A DNA stretch of 64,000 nucleotides from Thermodesulfobacteriota bacterium (GTDB taxonomy: Bacteria > Desulfobacterota > Binatia > Bin18). This document shows positions 19,069-29,427 of the stretch, one piece after another (positions within the stretch are counted from its first letter, which is position 1; the number at the start of each line of letters is the position of its first letter). Made by a program: the position numbers and the translations under genes. The notes beneath the pieces were generated by a model. It made no database searches, had not been told where the DNA came from, and worked only from the letters and a program-made list of their open reading frames with translations. Location of the stretch: assembly GCA_964291405.2 (NCBI GenBank), contig OZ219926.1, positions 1,472,001-1,536,000 on the forward strand, written 5' to 3'.

Positions 19069-21087
19069 TCAGACCGTAATGATGAGATTCAACCACGGGT
19101 CAACCGTAACCGAAGCTCCCGGCGGCACGAGGGTGGTTGAGTCGAGCTGCTGGATCACAGCCGGCCCGGGCAGTTCCGCGCCACTCGACAAGTCGTCCCG
19201 CCAGTAAATCGGGGTCTCCAACGACTCTTCATCAAACCCGATCTTGCGCCAGGATCGCGGCTCGGGTCTGGCCGTATCAGCAACGTGCCTGGCCAGTTCG
19301 GCTTTGGGCGTCAGCCCGACTGCCGTCAGGTTCAGGCGAAAGATCTCGATGCCGGCGCCGGCACGCCGGTAGTTATATTCCCGCTCGTGCGCCGCGCCGA
19401 AAGCGTCAACGGCCTCCTGCACACTGATAAAGGGCGTCCCGACAGGTACGGCAAGCGACCGCCACTGGCCACTATAGCGCATGTCGATCGTCCGCTTGAG
19501 GATGATGTCCTTGTCTGCAACTCCCTCTTTGGTCAGCCGCGCGTGCGCCTCAGCCTCAAGCAGTCGAAACTCCGCTTCTATTGCCTGGGGGTCGGCTTGT
19601 GCCGTATCGACCAGATAGGTCGTCAGGAGATCGTGTTGGATGTCAACCAACAAACAGCCCATAGCAGAGGTCACCCCGGGGTGGGGTGGGACGATGACCG
19701 TCGGGATGGACAGCTCTGTGGCCAACGCGGCCCCGTGCAGCGGTCCAGCCCCACCGAAGGCAACCAGCGCGAAATCGCGGGGGTCGTAGCCGCGCATGAT
19801 AGACACCAGACGAATGGCGTCCGCCGTATTGGCGTTCGCAACATTGAGAATTGCCTTGGCAGCAGCCTTCACATCCATGCCGAGGGGACGCGCAATTTTT
19901 TGCTCAAGCGCCGCGGTCGCGCGAGCCAGGTCGAGGTCGAGGTTTCCGCCGACCAGGTCTCCACCCAAACGCCCCAGGACCAGGTTGGCATCGGTATTGG
20001 TGGGGTTCTCGCCGCCGCGGCCATAGCAGGCGGGACCTGGGATGGAGCCGGCCGACTGCGGGCCGTTACGGAGCGAGCCCGCCTCATCGATCCAGGCAAT
20101 CGAGCCACCCCCAGCTCCAATGGTCTTGATATCGATACTCGGGAAACAGATCGGATGTCCGTGCTCAATATGCCAGTCACGGGTCGTCAACATCTGCGAG
20201 TCCCACACGAGCGACACGTCGGTACTGGTGCCACCCATATCGAAGCCTATCGAATTGGGAAATCCGCACAGGTTGCCGATGTAGCGGTTTGCGATGGCGC
20301 CGGCGGCAATACCAGAACTCGCCAGGCGCGCGGCCTGCGAGCCGACGCCCTGGGGCGTCATCACCCCACCGCCGCTATGGAGGAGTAGCACATCGCTGGT
20401 ATAACCACCCTGTTTCAGCCGCTCTTGCAGACGCAGGGTATAAGCCCCGATCACCGGGTGCAGCACGGCGTTGACGACTGCGGTGGAAAACCGGTCGTGC
20501 TCAAAAATTTCGGGCAGGACCTCAGCCGACGTCGAGATGGCCACCCCCGGCAATTCTTCTTCGAGAATGGCCTTCAGCGCCTGCTCGTTCGCCATGTTTG
20601 CAAACGAGTTCATAAAGCAGATGGCCACGGCCTCGTATTTGCGTTTGCACAGTTTCGCCGCAAGCGCACGCGCCTCGGCAACATCAATCGGCTTCTCAAC
20701 CCTGCCCGAGGAATCGGTACGCTCCGCAATAGGCAGGCGATCCCGCCGGCGAATATACGGCGGGGGGTTATCACGGTAGGCGTCCCATAAGTCTTCTTTC
20801 GTGGACCGGCCAATTTCGATGACGTCGCGAAAGCCTTCGGTGACGACCATGGCGGTGTGGGGCAGGTTGCGCTCGATCAGCGCGTTGGTTGCAACCGTGG
20901 TGCCGTGCGCAAACAGCGTCACATCGGAGAGCGCAATACCGGCCTTGTCGAGCCCGTCCAGCGCGGCCTCAATGGGATCCTTGGAGGTAGGGACTTTTGC
21001 AATGTGCAGCGCATTCGTGGTTTCGTCGAGAACACAGACATCGGTAAAAGTACCGCCAATATCAACGGCAACACGGACGTTGGTCAT
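19069..21087 (-). CDS. Hydantoinase A / oxoprolinase family ATP-binding subunit
   Basis: DIGGTFTD, HGTTVATNA, DMGGTSTD, GAGGGS and FGGAGPLH motifs. Confidence 0.93.
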   Translation of the reverse strand: MTNVRVAVDIGGTFTDVCVLDETTNALHIAKVPTSKDPIEAALDGLDKAGIALSDVTLFAHGTTVATNALIERNLPHTAMVVTEGFRDVIEIGRSTKEDLWDAYRDNPPPYIRRRDRLPIAERTDSSGRVEKPIDVAEARALAAKLCKRKYEAVAICFMNSFANMANEQALKAILEEELPGVAISTSAEVLPEIFEHDRFSTAVVNAVLHPVIGAYTLRLQERLKQGGYTSDVLLLHSGGGVMTPQGVGSQAARLASSGIAAGAIANRYIGNLCGFPNSIGFDMGGTSTDVSLVWDSQMLTTRDWHIEHGHPICFPSIDIKTIGAGGGSIAWIDEAGSLRNGPQSAGSIPGPACYGRGGENPTNTDANLVLGRLGGDLVGGNLDLDLARATAALEQKIARPLGMDVKAAAKAILNVANANTADAIRLVSIMRGYDPRDFALVAFGGAGPLHGAALATELSIPTVIVPPHPGVTSAMGCLLVDIQHDLLTTYLVDTAQADPQAIEAEFRLLEAEAHARLTKEGVADKDIILKRTIDMRYSGQWRSLAVPVGTPFISVQEAVDAFGAAHEREYNYRRAGAGIEIFRLNLTAVGLTPKAELARHVADTARPEPRSWRKIGFDEESLETPIYWRDDLSSGAELPGPAVIQQLDSTTLVPPGASVTVDPWLNLIITV

Positions 21088-21183
21088 ACCTTATCCCTCA
21101 CGACAGGCAGGAAGAGTGGGAATCTCGGCCATCCCAGGGCCTCACCGTTTAGCGCTCTATCGAATATATACCATCTAGTGGCG

Positions 21184-21212
21184 GGTATACTCACTCGCAA
21201 CTTCCGCGTCAA
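21184..21212 (-). promoter_or_regulatory. Candidate sigma70 promoter for the lactamase-aminotransferase operon
   Basis: TTGACG-N17-TATACC about 100 nt upstream of the start codon. Confidence 0.4.
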
Positions 21213-21429
21213 CAACTAAGTGCTACTCACGGAACAGCCGCTACCTATCCTCACACCAACGGGCGGGAAAAGCGGTCAGAGGCTCGGTGTAGGGCAAGCC
21301 TAAGAAGAACCGCTTGAGAATCTCGCCTCCAAGGCAAGAATCGTATTCAGGCCGGGCAGTTAATCCCGGACGGAATTTCCTAGTTTAAGGTCTTGGTCGG
21401 TCTTGACCGTCACGTTGGCTGCGGCTGGA

Positions 21430-22625
21430 TCAGACATCTGCCTTGGGCGTCACTCTGAGCGGCAGGCGGGTCAGACCGACCAGACGGTTGTTATTCGTCC
21501 ATTCGAGATCGCCGACAATCTCGAAGTCCGCGTAGTGGGCTAGCAGTTCTTCAAACACGACCCGGATTTCAAGCCGCGCCAGATTGGCTCCCAAACAGAA
21601 ATGGGTACCGAGCCCAAAGCCAATATGAAAATTGGGGCTGCGTCCGATATCGAACCGGAACGGGTCTGTGAACTCGTCTTCATCCCGGTTGGCCGACATC
21701 TCCCAGATGGTAACCTTTTGTCCCTGGCGAATGCGCTGTCCGCGCAGCTCGACATTGCGCGTCGTCGTGCGGCGCTTGTACACGGACGGCGAGGTCCAGC
21801 GCACGATTTCTTCGACCGCGCTCTTCATCAGGGTTGGATCGGTACGCAGTCGTTGCAGTTCGTGCGGGTTTTCAATCAGCGCCACCAGGCCGCCGGCAAT
21901 GGAGCTGCGCGTGGTCTCGGCCCCGGCCGGAAAGAGCAATGCAAAAAAGGCGCGCAACTCACGATTGTCGAGTTGCGGGGAGCCGTCCTCTAACCGGGCG
22001 TGAACAATAACGGACAGGATGTCGTCCGCGGGTCGCGGCGTTTCTGCTCCACGATCCTGATCCGCGTACGCGCCCAGACGTTTGATATGCTCCAGGGCCA
22101 GGGCTTCGCCCGTCCCGGCGCCTATGGCCAGGTCAACAATATGCCCCAGCTCTTCTCGATCTTCCTGCGGGATCCCGAGAATAATGCAGATAGCCTGCAG
22201 GGGCAGTTCGCGCGCCACGGTCGGCACGAAATCAAACGGCTCGCCGGGCGAAATGCCGTCAAGAATATGGCGGGTCCGTTCCCTGAGTTGGGCTTCCAGC
22301 CGGCCGATCATACGCGGCAGGAAGCCGGTATTGACCAATCGCGCAACCGGCGATGCTTGGGGTCATCCGTCTGGTTCAGTTGATAGCCGGCTCCCCTGCC
22401 GTCAAAAATCTGCGTCCCGCCCAGCTCGGAGGAAAACGTCTCGGCATCCTTAAAAACATTCACCACGTCAGCGTAGCGACTCACCACCCAGAACCCCTCA
22501 CCGCCCGGCGTATGCTCGGTCGGCGCATGCCACCAGACCGGGGCCTCACGCCGCAGGTGACAAAAAAATTCGTGCGGAAAGCCGTTGGCAAACGAACGGC
22601 CATACGACAGATCAACAGACTCCAT
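21430..22625 (-). pseudogene. Cytochrome P450, frameshifted (pseudogene or consensus error)
   Basis: The N-terminal part (22308-22625) and C-terminal part (21430-22338) join after a shift near 22340. EEIVR and FGLGTHFCLG heme motifs are intact. A compensating indel pair lies near 22056/22029. Confidence 0.85.
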
Positions 22626-22650
22626 AGCGCTCTCTCGTCAGTGGGCTTGT

Positions 22651-23148
22651 TTATATATGGTAGATATCCAACACACCCTCAATAACGTCGTTCAAGAGGG
22701 TGATCTTCTTTTTGGCGATCCGATAGCCCGCCGGCGTTCGCCGGAGCAGGTGCTCATAAAAGCCGTAATAGAGGAACGACCGCTGTTTCCCAGGCTTGTA
22801 GGCCTTCACCTGCCAGTGCGCCGCCACGGCCGGCCGGTCGGCGTCCTCATTTGTGAGACGGATATTGGTAATCAGGTGGCAGGTCCGGTCCAGGGGCTGA
22901 GAGGCCGGTGACAGGCCCGACTCGATCCGCCAGACCCGGTCTTCCAGTCCGGCCTTGCTGTTGTAGTAGATCAGCGACAGCTCGGTCTGCGGGTCGTTCG
23001 TGGGCCGCCTTCATCAGTCCAGGCCGGCACCCAGTATTCCGCATCGTCGGCGTACAGGGCCAGCCAGTCCGCCCAGCGGTGCTGGTCCAGGCAGGCGGCT
23101 TCGTCAAACAACACCTGGGTGCAGTCGCGCCAGCAGGTCAGCCGGCAT
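22651..23148 (-). pseudogene. Benzoate-dioxygenase-like beta subunit (BenB-like) with two compensating frameshifts; not in the ORF track
   Basis: Manual translation: MPADLL/RDCTQVLFDEAACLDQHRWADWLALY...YWVPAW/...ELSLIYY..KAGLEDRVWRI...KKKITLLNDVIEGVLDIYHI*; shifts near 23130 and 23006. Confidence 0.85.
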
Positions 23149-24554
23149 GGCCGTTTCCGTATGTAGCTCCCTGGCCCTGGCTCATGAGGGCCAGCCAGCG
23201 CCGGTACTGGCCCTGAAAAATGATCTCGTCCTGAAAGTTGCTGCTGCTGGCAACTGGTTGCAGGTCAACTGAGCGGGCTTCGGCATCGGCGCCCGAGACG
23301 GCTCCGGCCGGCGCCGCGCACATAGCCCTGCTGCCAGCGCACCTGGTAGCCGTTAAAGCCGCGCTGGCAGGCCTCGAACGCGGCCAGGTCGTCCGGGGTG
23401 CCAACCCCGCTGGCGTTGAAAAAGTCTTCGTACTGACGCAGCCGGTGAGCCCGCGTCTCGGGGGCCTCGCCCACCGGCGCAAGGCAATAGGTCGAGACCA
23501 GGGTCTTATCGACCGCCAGCGGGATGACGACCCGAATCTGCGCCGAGATCTGATCCATCAGAAACACGTTCGGGTAGAGCAACAGGTTGCGCAGCCGCTC
23601 GACCATCCAGCGCGCCTGCGCTTCCCCATATTGGGCGCACAGGGCCTCCCGCTGGGCGTACGAGGGCCGGACCTGCGGGTTGGGGTAGTCGGTCCACAGC
23701 AGGGTATGGCCGTTACCCAGGTCGTAACAGCCGGTCGCGTTGGTCGGGGCGTCCAGGCGTTCGGCGTCCAGGGATTGTACCTCGTCCGAGCCCGAGCGCG
23801 CGCGGCGCTGGACGACGCCCACAAAGGTGCGGTGGACCACATCGAAATGATAGCCGTCCACGCCGTTCTCCACCTGGAGTTTCCAGTTGCCGTGATAGGT
23901 ATAGTCCGCGCTGCCGGCGACCACCTCCCAGCCGTCCGGGGCCTGGTCGGCCAGCATGTCGATGGGCGGCAGGGCCGCGGCCAGGTGGTCTTCGAGGGCG
24001 GGCACGTCGGCATTGAGCGAACCGAACAGAAAGCCTTTGTAATTGGCCAGCCGGGCGATGGGCGTGAGACCGTGCGGCTGCTCCTCGAACGCGGCCGGAT
24101 AGGCACCGTTGGCATGGTCCTTGACGCTGATCAGCCCGCCGGCGGTATTGAACGACCAGCCGTGATACGGACAGGTCAGCACCCGCTGGTTGCCGCGTTT
24201 GAGCTGGCATACGGTGGCACCTCGGTGCGGACAGGCATTGATGAACGCGCCGATCTGGCCAGCCTTGTCGCGCATCAGGAGGACCGGCTGGCGGCCCATG
24301 CTGGTCGTAAAGAAATCGTGGGGCCGGGCAAGCTGGCTCTCATGCGCCAGGTAGATCCAACTGCCCTCGAAGATGTGCTGCATCTCCAGATCGAAGACGC
24401 GCGGGTCCCGGAATACGTCCCGGTCCACCGTAAACACGCCCTGCTCGGGGCGGTCTATGATGTAGTCGCGCACGTCCCGTTCAAGGTCTCCGACCGGTTG
24501 CCGGCCGTTCAGACCGGTGCCGGATGCAACTGAGCCAACAGTCTGGATGCTCAT
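23138..24554 (-). pseudogene. Benzoate-dioxygenase-like Rieske alpha subunit (BenA-like), frameshifted near the C-terminus
   Basis: CPH...CPYH, ENGVDGYH and RQYEDFFNASG..TPDD motifs. The C-terminus GADAEAR...QDEIIFQGQYRRW continues in another frame after about 23305. GGAGGAG RBS. Confidence 0.85.
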
Positions 24555-24690
24555 TACTGCAACTCCTCCCGAATCATTACGTTCCCGGTCACAGTCCCCT
24601 GTCAAACGTTGTGTCCCGGTTCGGACCGACTGTCAACCATGGATGTTAAACCTAGGCGACGCAGGCGGCGCCCCACACAGCTCGTCCGCT

Positions 24691-26163
24691 CTAGACAACG
24701 TCATAGGCTTCGAGTCTGGGCGCGGCCATTTCGGCGTCGAAATGGGCCTGAGACCAGGGCCAGCTTGCCGGCACACCGTGCTTGTCCAGATACCAGCTAT
24801 TACAGCCCGTCGCCCAAATCGATTTCTTGGCGGCCTGCGCGCGGGACTGCTCATAGTCATCCGTGGCCGGGCGACTGGCACTGATTTCCCGGCACTCGCC
24901 CGTTCGTATTTTTTCCATGAGTTGCAGGATATAGCCCAGTTGCAGTTCGGCGATGCGGATCAAGGAAAAGTTGCCAACCGGACCGTTGGGGCCGTTCAGC
25001 ATAAAGAAGTTCGGAAACTCCGGGATGGAAATCGAGAGATAGGCAACCGGATGGTCCGCCCATACGTCGTCAAGATCGACACCGCCCCGGCCACGCACCA
25101 GGGTCGGTCGGATAAAACGGTCGGCCCGAAAGCCGGTCGCCAGCACCAGGACGTCCAGCTCGTGCAGTTTGCCGTCCTTGGTCCGGACGCCTTTGGGTTC
25201 GACGGTTTCAATACCGGAGACCACGAGTTCGGCGTTCGGATGCTGAATGGACTCATAGAAATTGGGCGACAAAATGAGACGCTTACACGCCGCCCGATAA
25301 CTTGGCCGGAGTTTCTCACGTAATTCCAGGTCTTTCACCGTGTCTTCAAGGTTGGCCAGGCAGACGGCTTCAATCTCCTTCATCTCGGGGGAATCAGAAT
25401 CAATGACCGCCTTACTAAAATTTTCAAAAAACTCTTTCTGTTCTTCGCGTAGCGCGTAGATTTTCTGTAGGTCGTTGGCAAACGCGGCTCGCTCGGCAGC
25501 CGCGTAGGCGTCGTTCTCCATTTTGAAGACCCACTGCGCGGTCCGCTGGAATAATGTGTAGCGGGCCACCCGCTCAACCAGGGCGGTGGTAATCTGGATT
25601 GCGGTCGAGCCGGTGCCGATCACGCCAACCCGCGCGCCGTCGAGCGGGACGCTGTGGTCCCACTCGGCACTGTGGAAGTGTGCGCCCTCGAAGGTGTCGA
25701 GACCGGGGATAGCCGCCCGATTGGGATGGTGCAGCACGCCGGTGGCGGCAATGATGATATCCGCCTGGTCTTCACGTCCCCTGCTGGTCCGAATCTGCCA
25801 GCGGCCGTCAATGAATTCGCAGGCCGTAATCTCTTCCTCAAAGCGGACGCGGTCTACAACGGCGTACTTTTGAGCAACATTCTCGAAATAAGCCCGAATC
25901 TCAGGGCCCGGAGCAAACACCTGACTCCAGTCCGGGTTGGGTTCAAAAGAATAGGTGTACGAATGCGCCGGCACGTCGCAGGCCAGCCCCGGATAGGTGT
26001 TCGCACGCCAGGTGCCGCCCAGGGCGTCTGACTTTTCATAGATGATGAAGTTGTCATAGCCGGCCTCACGAAACTTGATGGCAGACAGAATGCCGGCCAT
26101 GCCCGCGCCGATGATGACGATGCGCGGGTCTTGAGTGTTCAGATTAGGGGTGGGTTCAGTCAT
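24691..26163 (-). CDS. Flavin-containing (Baeyer-Villiger-type) monooxygenase
   Basis: GAGMAG, GGTWRANTYPGLACD, FEGAHFHSAEWD and GTGSTA motifs. Confidence 0.92.
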   Translation of the reverse strand: MTEPTPNLNTQDPRIVIIGAGMAGILSAIKFREAGYDNFIIYEKSDALGGTWRANTYPGLACDVPAHSYTYSFEPNPDWSQVFAPGPEIRAYFENVAQKYAVVDRVRFEEEITACEFIDGRWQIRTSRGREDQADIIIAATGVLHHPNRAAIPGLDTFEGAHFHSAEWDHSVPLDGARVGVIGTGSTAIQITTALVERVARYTLFQRTAQWVFKMENDAYAAAERAAFANDLQKIYALREEQKEFFENFSKAVIDSDSPEMKEIEAVCLANLEDTVKDLELREKLRPSYRAACKRLILSPNFYESIQHPNAELVVSGIETVEPKGVRTKDGKLHELDVLVLATGFRADRFIRPTLVRGRGGVDLDDVWADHPVAYLSISIPEFPNFFMLNGPNGPVGNFSLIRIAELQLGYILQLMEKIRTGECREISASRPATDDYEQSRAQAAKKSIWATGCNSWYLDKHGVPASWPWSQAHFDAEMAAPRLEAYDVV

Positions 26164-26239
26164 GCATCTTTCCTTTCTTACACGCTCCGTAGAATTACAT
26201 AGTGAGTCTCACTCTGGTCGGTTCGGTCAATCGAGGTTT

Positions 26240-26494
26240 TTACCGGTAGACATCGCGTCTATGCCCAATGTGAAGGATCGTAATACGGCGCTGTGTATCA
26301 TCAATCTCGTAGATTATCCGATAGTTGCCGACCCGAAGACGCCACCCTTCCCGGCTACTCAACTTGGTGCAGCCAGCGGGTCGTGGGACGGCCCTCAAAC
26401 GGCGGAGCGCCTCACTCACACGGTTGTACGTGTCTGACGGCAGCCCGGCGAGTTCTTTCTGAGCACGTCTCAGGATAACGACGGAATAGGACAC
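26240..26494 (-). CDS. relE: RelE/ParE family toxin
   Basis: PRPAGCTKL...WRLRVGNYRIIYEI...IGHRRDVY; GTG start overlaps the antitoxin stop (TAGTG). Confidence 0.9.
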   Translation of the reverse strand: MSYSVVILRRAQKELAGLPSDTYNRVSEALRRLRAVPRPAGCTKLSSREGWRLRVGNYRIIYEIDDTQRRITILHIGHRRDVYR

Positions 26495-26694
26495 TACCGA
26501 GTCTTTTCGATTTCGGCGAGGGCCTGTTCGAGCGGGATGGCTTCATCCTGGGTTGATTTGGCCGCGTCATAGGCTTTGAGCGATTCCAGTTCTTCCAATT
26601 CCTGAAGCAACTTGGCGTACTCGTCCATACCCAATAACACGGCTATCCGCCTTCCATCCTTATCAGTCACAAAACGTTCATGGACGGCACTCAT
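26494..26694 (-). CDS. Cognate type II antitoxin
   Basis: 66-aa acidic protein directly upstream of and translationally coupled to the toxin. Confidence 0.8.
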   Translation of the reverse strand: MSAVHERFVTDKDGRRIAVLLGMDEYAKLLQELEELESLKAYDAAKSTQDEAIPLEQALAEIEKTR

Positions 26695-26805
26695 ACCGAC
26701 TCCTTTCCCCGCGACCAGGAAACCGAAGTGGACTCTTTAGATCGCACCATACCACAACCTGACGGCGCTCCTAAAGACTCCGCCGGCTGCGGTACGGAAT
26801 GACAG

Positions 26806-28035
26806 TTACACAAAGCGCGGGCTGGTATACACGGGCAGACCAAAGGTACGCCGCCCGAGCAGGGCTTTGCCTTCCATACCGGCAAAGGGCTGATGGATAA
26901 CCGCGGCCCGCACGTCGCGGTACATCTGTTCCATGGGGTTCTTCTTGAACAGGGCCGCGCCACCGACCATGCGCATGGCTTTATCAACCACCTGAACGCA
27001 GGCTTCCATCACAAACTGAAAACACGAGATCAGATTAATGAGGTCTTCCTGGGTTCGCACTGTGACGTCGTCGTGGGCGGCAACGGCCTGATGCAGCATG
27101 GCCCGTGCCGAGCGCAGACCGATTTCCATGTCCGCGGCCAGGAGTTGATTGCTCGGATAGTGGGTCATGGGCTGGTCAAACGGCTCTTGTTTCCGTCCAG
27201 CAACCCAGTTCATGGCGTAATCGCGCGCCGCCTGGGCCAGGCCGATATAACACGCCGGGCCGGAGGCCACCCACCACGAGGCGGTGATGTCGGCGATGGC
27301 GTCCCAGCTTTGGGCCGGTCGTAACACTGCGGCATCGTCGGGAACAAAAACATTATTCCAGACGACATCATTACTCTGCGAGGAACGGATGCTCATCGTA
27401 TCCCAGTTGGTCTGAATTTCGACGCCCTCGGCCGTGGTCGGAAAGAAGCACAGCAGGCATTGCGGGCCGTTGTCCGGGTCCTCATAGCGTGCGGTCGTCA
27501 GCAGATAGTCGGCTCCCGCGGACATGGTGCCGAAGCCGCTTTTGCCGTTCAGCCGGTAGCCGCCGTCCACTCTGGTCGCCTGACGGGTGGTATCGTTGAT
27601 GCCGGCAAAGCCGACCGAGCTGTTCATTTTTGGATCGCTGACTGGTCCCCCGAAAATCAGGCCGTCGGTCACTGTCGCCCTGAGCATGGGCTCCAGGGCG
27701 TCCACCTGTGGCCCCTCGCCCTTCTGATTGAGCCGCCACAGGTCGGCCAGAATGGAGACCACGATGTGGTGCATATTAACGGCAATGGCCATGGGCAGGT
27801 CGCCGTAGGCCAGACGTTCCTGGGCCAGCGCAATATCCAGCGGTGTGGCGCCGGCGCCGCCCAGCTCTTCCGGGACGATGAGCGCGGTATAGCCCGAGGC
27901 CTTCATGGCCGCCACGTTTTCATGCGGAAAGCTGCTGTCCGCATCGTGCTCGGCCACCCGCGTTTGGAAATCGTCAGCATGCTTCGCGGCCATATCAATC
28001 AAGCGCTGCTGACGCTCGGTTGGATTCGTTGCCAT
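26806..28035 (-). CDS. Acyl-CoA dehydrogenase family flavoprotein
   Basis: VPEELGGAG, LNGK..FGT, WDTMSIRSSQS and MEQMYRDVRA motifs; AAGGAGG RBS before ATG 28035. Confidence 0.9.
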   Translation of the reverse strand: MATNPTERQQRLIDMAAKHADDFQTRVAEHDADSSFPHENVAAMKASGYTALIVPEELGGAGATPLDIALAQERLAYGDLPMAIAVNMHHIVVSILADLWRLNQKGEGPQVDALEPMLRATVTDGLIFGGPVSDPKMNSSVGFAGINDTTRQATRVDGGYRLNGKSGFGTMSAGADYLLTTARYEDPDNGPQCLLCFFPTTAEGVEIQTNWDTMSIRSSQSNDVVWNNVFVPDDAAVLRPAQSWDAIADITASWWVASGPACYIGLAQAARDYAMNWVAGRKQEPFDQPMTHYPSNQLLAADMEIGLRSARAMLHQAVAAHDDVTVRTQEDLINLISCFQFVMEACVQVVDKAMRMVGGAALFKKNPMEQMYRDVRAAVIHQPFAGMEGKALLGRRTFGLPVYTSPRFV

Positions 28036-28261
28036 GTTTGAAACCTCCTTGCTTTCCATGCGCTCTGTTCTAACCGGACAGGCGTCAGGTTCGTATCAGA
28101 CAAACCGGACAAGCGTCAAATTTTAGTCCATTAGCCGTCCCCGCATGACTGCTCACTCGGCTCGTGACACTTGTCGCCGCGTCCCGGTCCAGCCGTCCCA
28201 GGGCAGGTTCGAGTGGCCAGGCCACCAGGGCCGTGCTACACACACGACAGGAGGGCAGATT

Positions 28262-29065
28262 ATGACACAGCCATCAACTTCCACCGCTCACGAGCAGCCG
28301 AGCTACGACTGGCCCACGCTAATCGATGAACTCAACCGCCGTCTCCACCTGCGCGCCACGCCAATCGGCATGAAATGGTTTACCTCGGTCGAGGAAATGG
28401 AGGCGATTCCCCGGCTCCGGCGTCCCAAGAATATCCACACCGCCGACCAACTCGTCGCCCAGGCCGCCCGGCTCAACTGGACTGTCGGCCTGACGGCAAA
28501 AGACCTGGTCGGCAGCCAGTGCTCGGCCGTGTTGGGTCTCGCCCCCCAGGACGAGGAGTGGCGGTGCGGCAAAACCATGGCCGGAGTGTGGTTTGAGACT
28601 GAGCAGGACTCGGCCGCCCACCAACAGGCCATGGATGTCGTACCCTACGGCCGCTATCAGGCCCTGGCGGTCTCGCCGCTGGTGTCTGGTCGGCTCAATC
28701 CGCCGGATATCTGTCTGATTTACGCCACCCCGGCCCAGATGATCCTGCTGATCAACGGCCTGCAATGGACGGGCTATAGAAAAATGCAGTGGGGCAGCGT
28801 GGGCGAGTCGGCCTGCGCCGACTCCTGGGGACGGGCCAAGCTGACCGGGGAGCCGAGCGTCTCGATTCCGTGCTATGCCGAGCGGCGCTACGGGGGCGTG
28901 CTTGAGGATGAGCTGCTGATGGCCATGCCGCCCCACTACCTGCCGAAAGCCCTGGACGGCCTGGCCCGGTTGGCCAAGAACGGGCTATCCTACCCTATTC
29001 CCCAGTACGGCATCCAGAGCGATGCACGGGCGGGTCTGGGCTTCAGCTACAAAGACGTGAAGTAG
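28262..29065 (+). CDS. DUF169 family protein
   Basis: PDICLIYATPAQ, GESACAD and IPCYAERRYGG motifs; GGAGGG RBS. Confidence 0.8.
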   Translation: MTQPSTSTAHEQPSYDWPTLIDELNRRLHLRATPIGMKWFTSVEEMEAIPRLRRPKNIHTADQLVAQAARLNWTVGLTAKDLVGSQCSAVLGLAPQDEEWRCGKTMAGVWFETEQDSAAHQQAMDVVPYGRYQALAVSPLVSGRLNPPDICLIYATPAQMILLINGLQWTGYRKMQWGSVGESACADSWGRAKLTGEPSVSIPCYAERRYGGVLEDELLMAMPPHYLPKALDGLARLAKNGLSYPIPQYGIQSDARAGLGFSYKDVK

Positions 29066-29120
29066 GCAGGCCGACCCAGCTCACGAAGTTGAGACAAGCC
29101 GGACACCCGGCCCTGAGCCG

Positions 29121-29167
29121 GGCGAGCCCTCCCCAAGCTCTCGCCATTTATACTCACAATATGTTAC
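29121..29167 (+). repeat. Imperfect direct repeat, copy 1 (partner 33383-33428)
   Basis: About 37/47 identity by manual alignment, ending in an identical CTCACAATATGTTAC. Confidence 0.7.
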
Positions 29168-29325
29168 CTCCGGCAACGGGGTCACGGTCGTCCCGCCCTG
29201 CTGCTCCTCAGTCGCCTTAAACCTTAGCTTTCCCTCTGCAACGACCGTCTTCTCTCTGTGCTACCTCGCCTGCCCTCCCTCTGCGCCATATTCTCTTGCT
29301 TATCTCTCTCCCTTCTGCCAATACT

Positions 29326-29390
29326 TTGACATGTACCCCATGTGGCTAGAAAATGGAGCAGGCAGCATGAAAAATATATCCAGAGGCATA
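29326..29390 (+). promoter_or_regulatory. Candidate promoter and operator of the response regulator
   Basis: TTGACA-N17-GAAAAT, then AAAAATATATCCAGAGGCATA, which is shared with 31815-31835. Confidence 0.45.
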
Positions 29391-29427
29391 CTGATGACCT
29401 AATCCGGCTTCCGTAGGCGAACTTCCT

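Noticed and set aside
29153-29167. NrdR box reading of CTCACAATATGTTAC
   Set aside because: It lacks the conserved G of the right half, is not in the usual tandem arrangement, and no nrd gene is adjacent.
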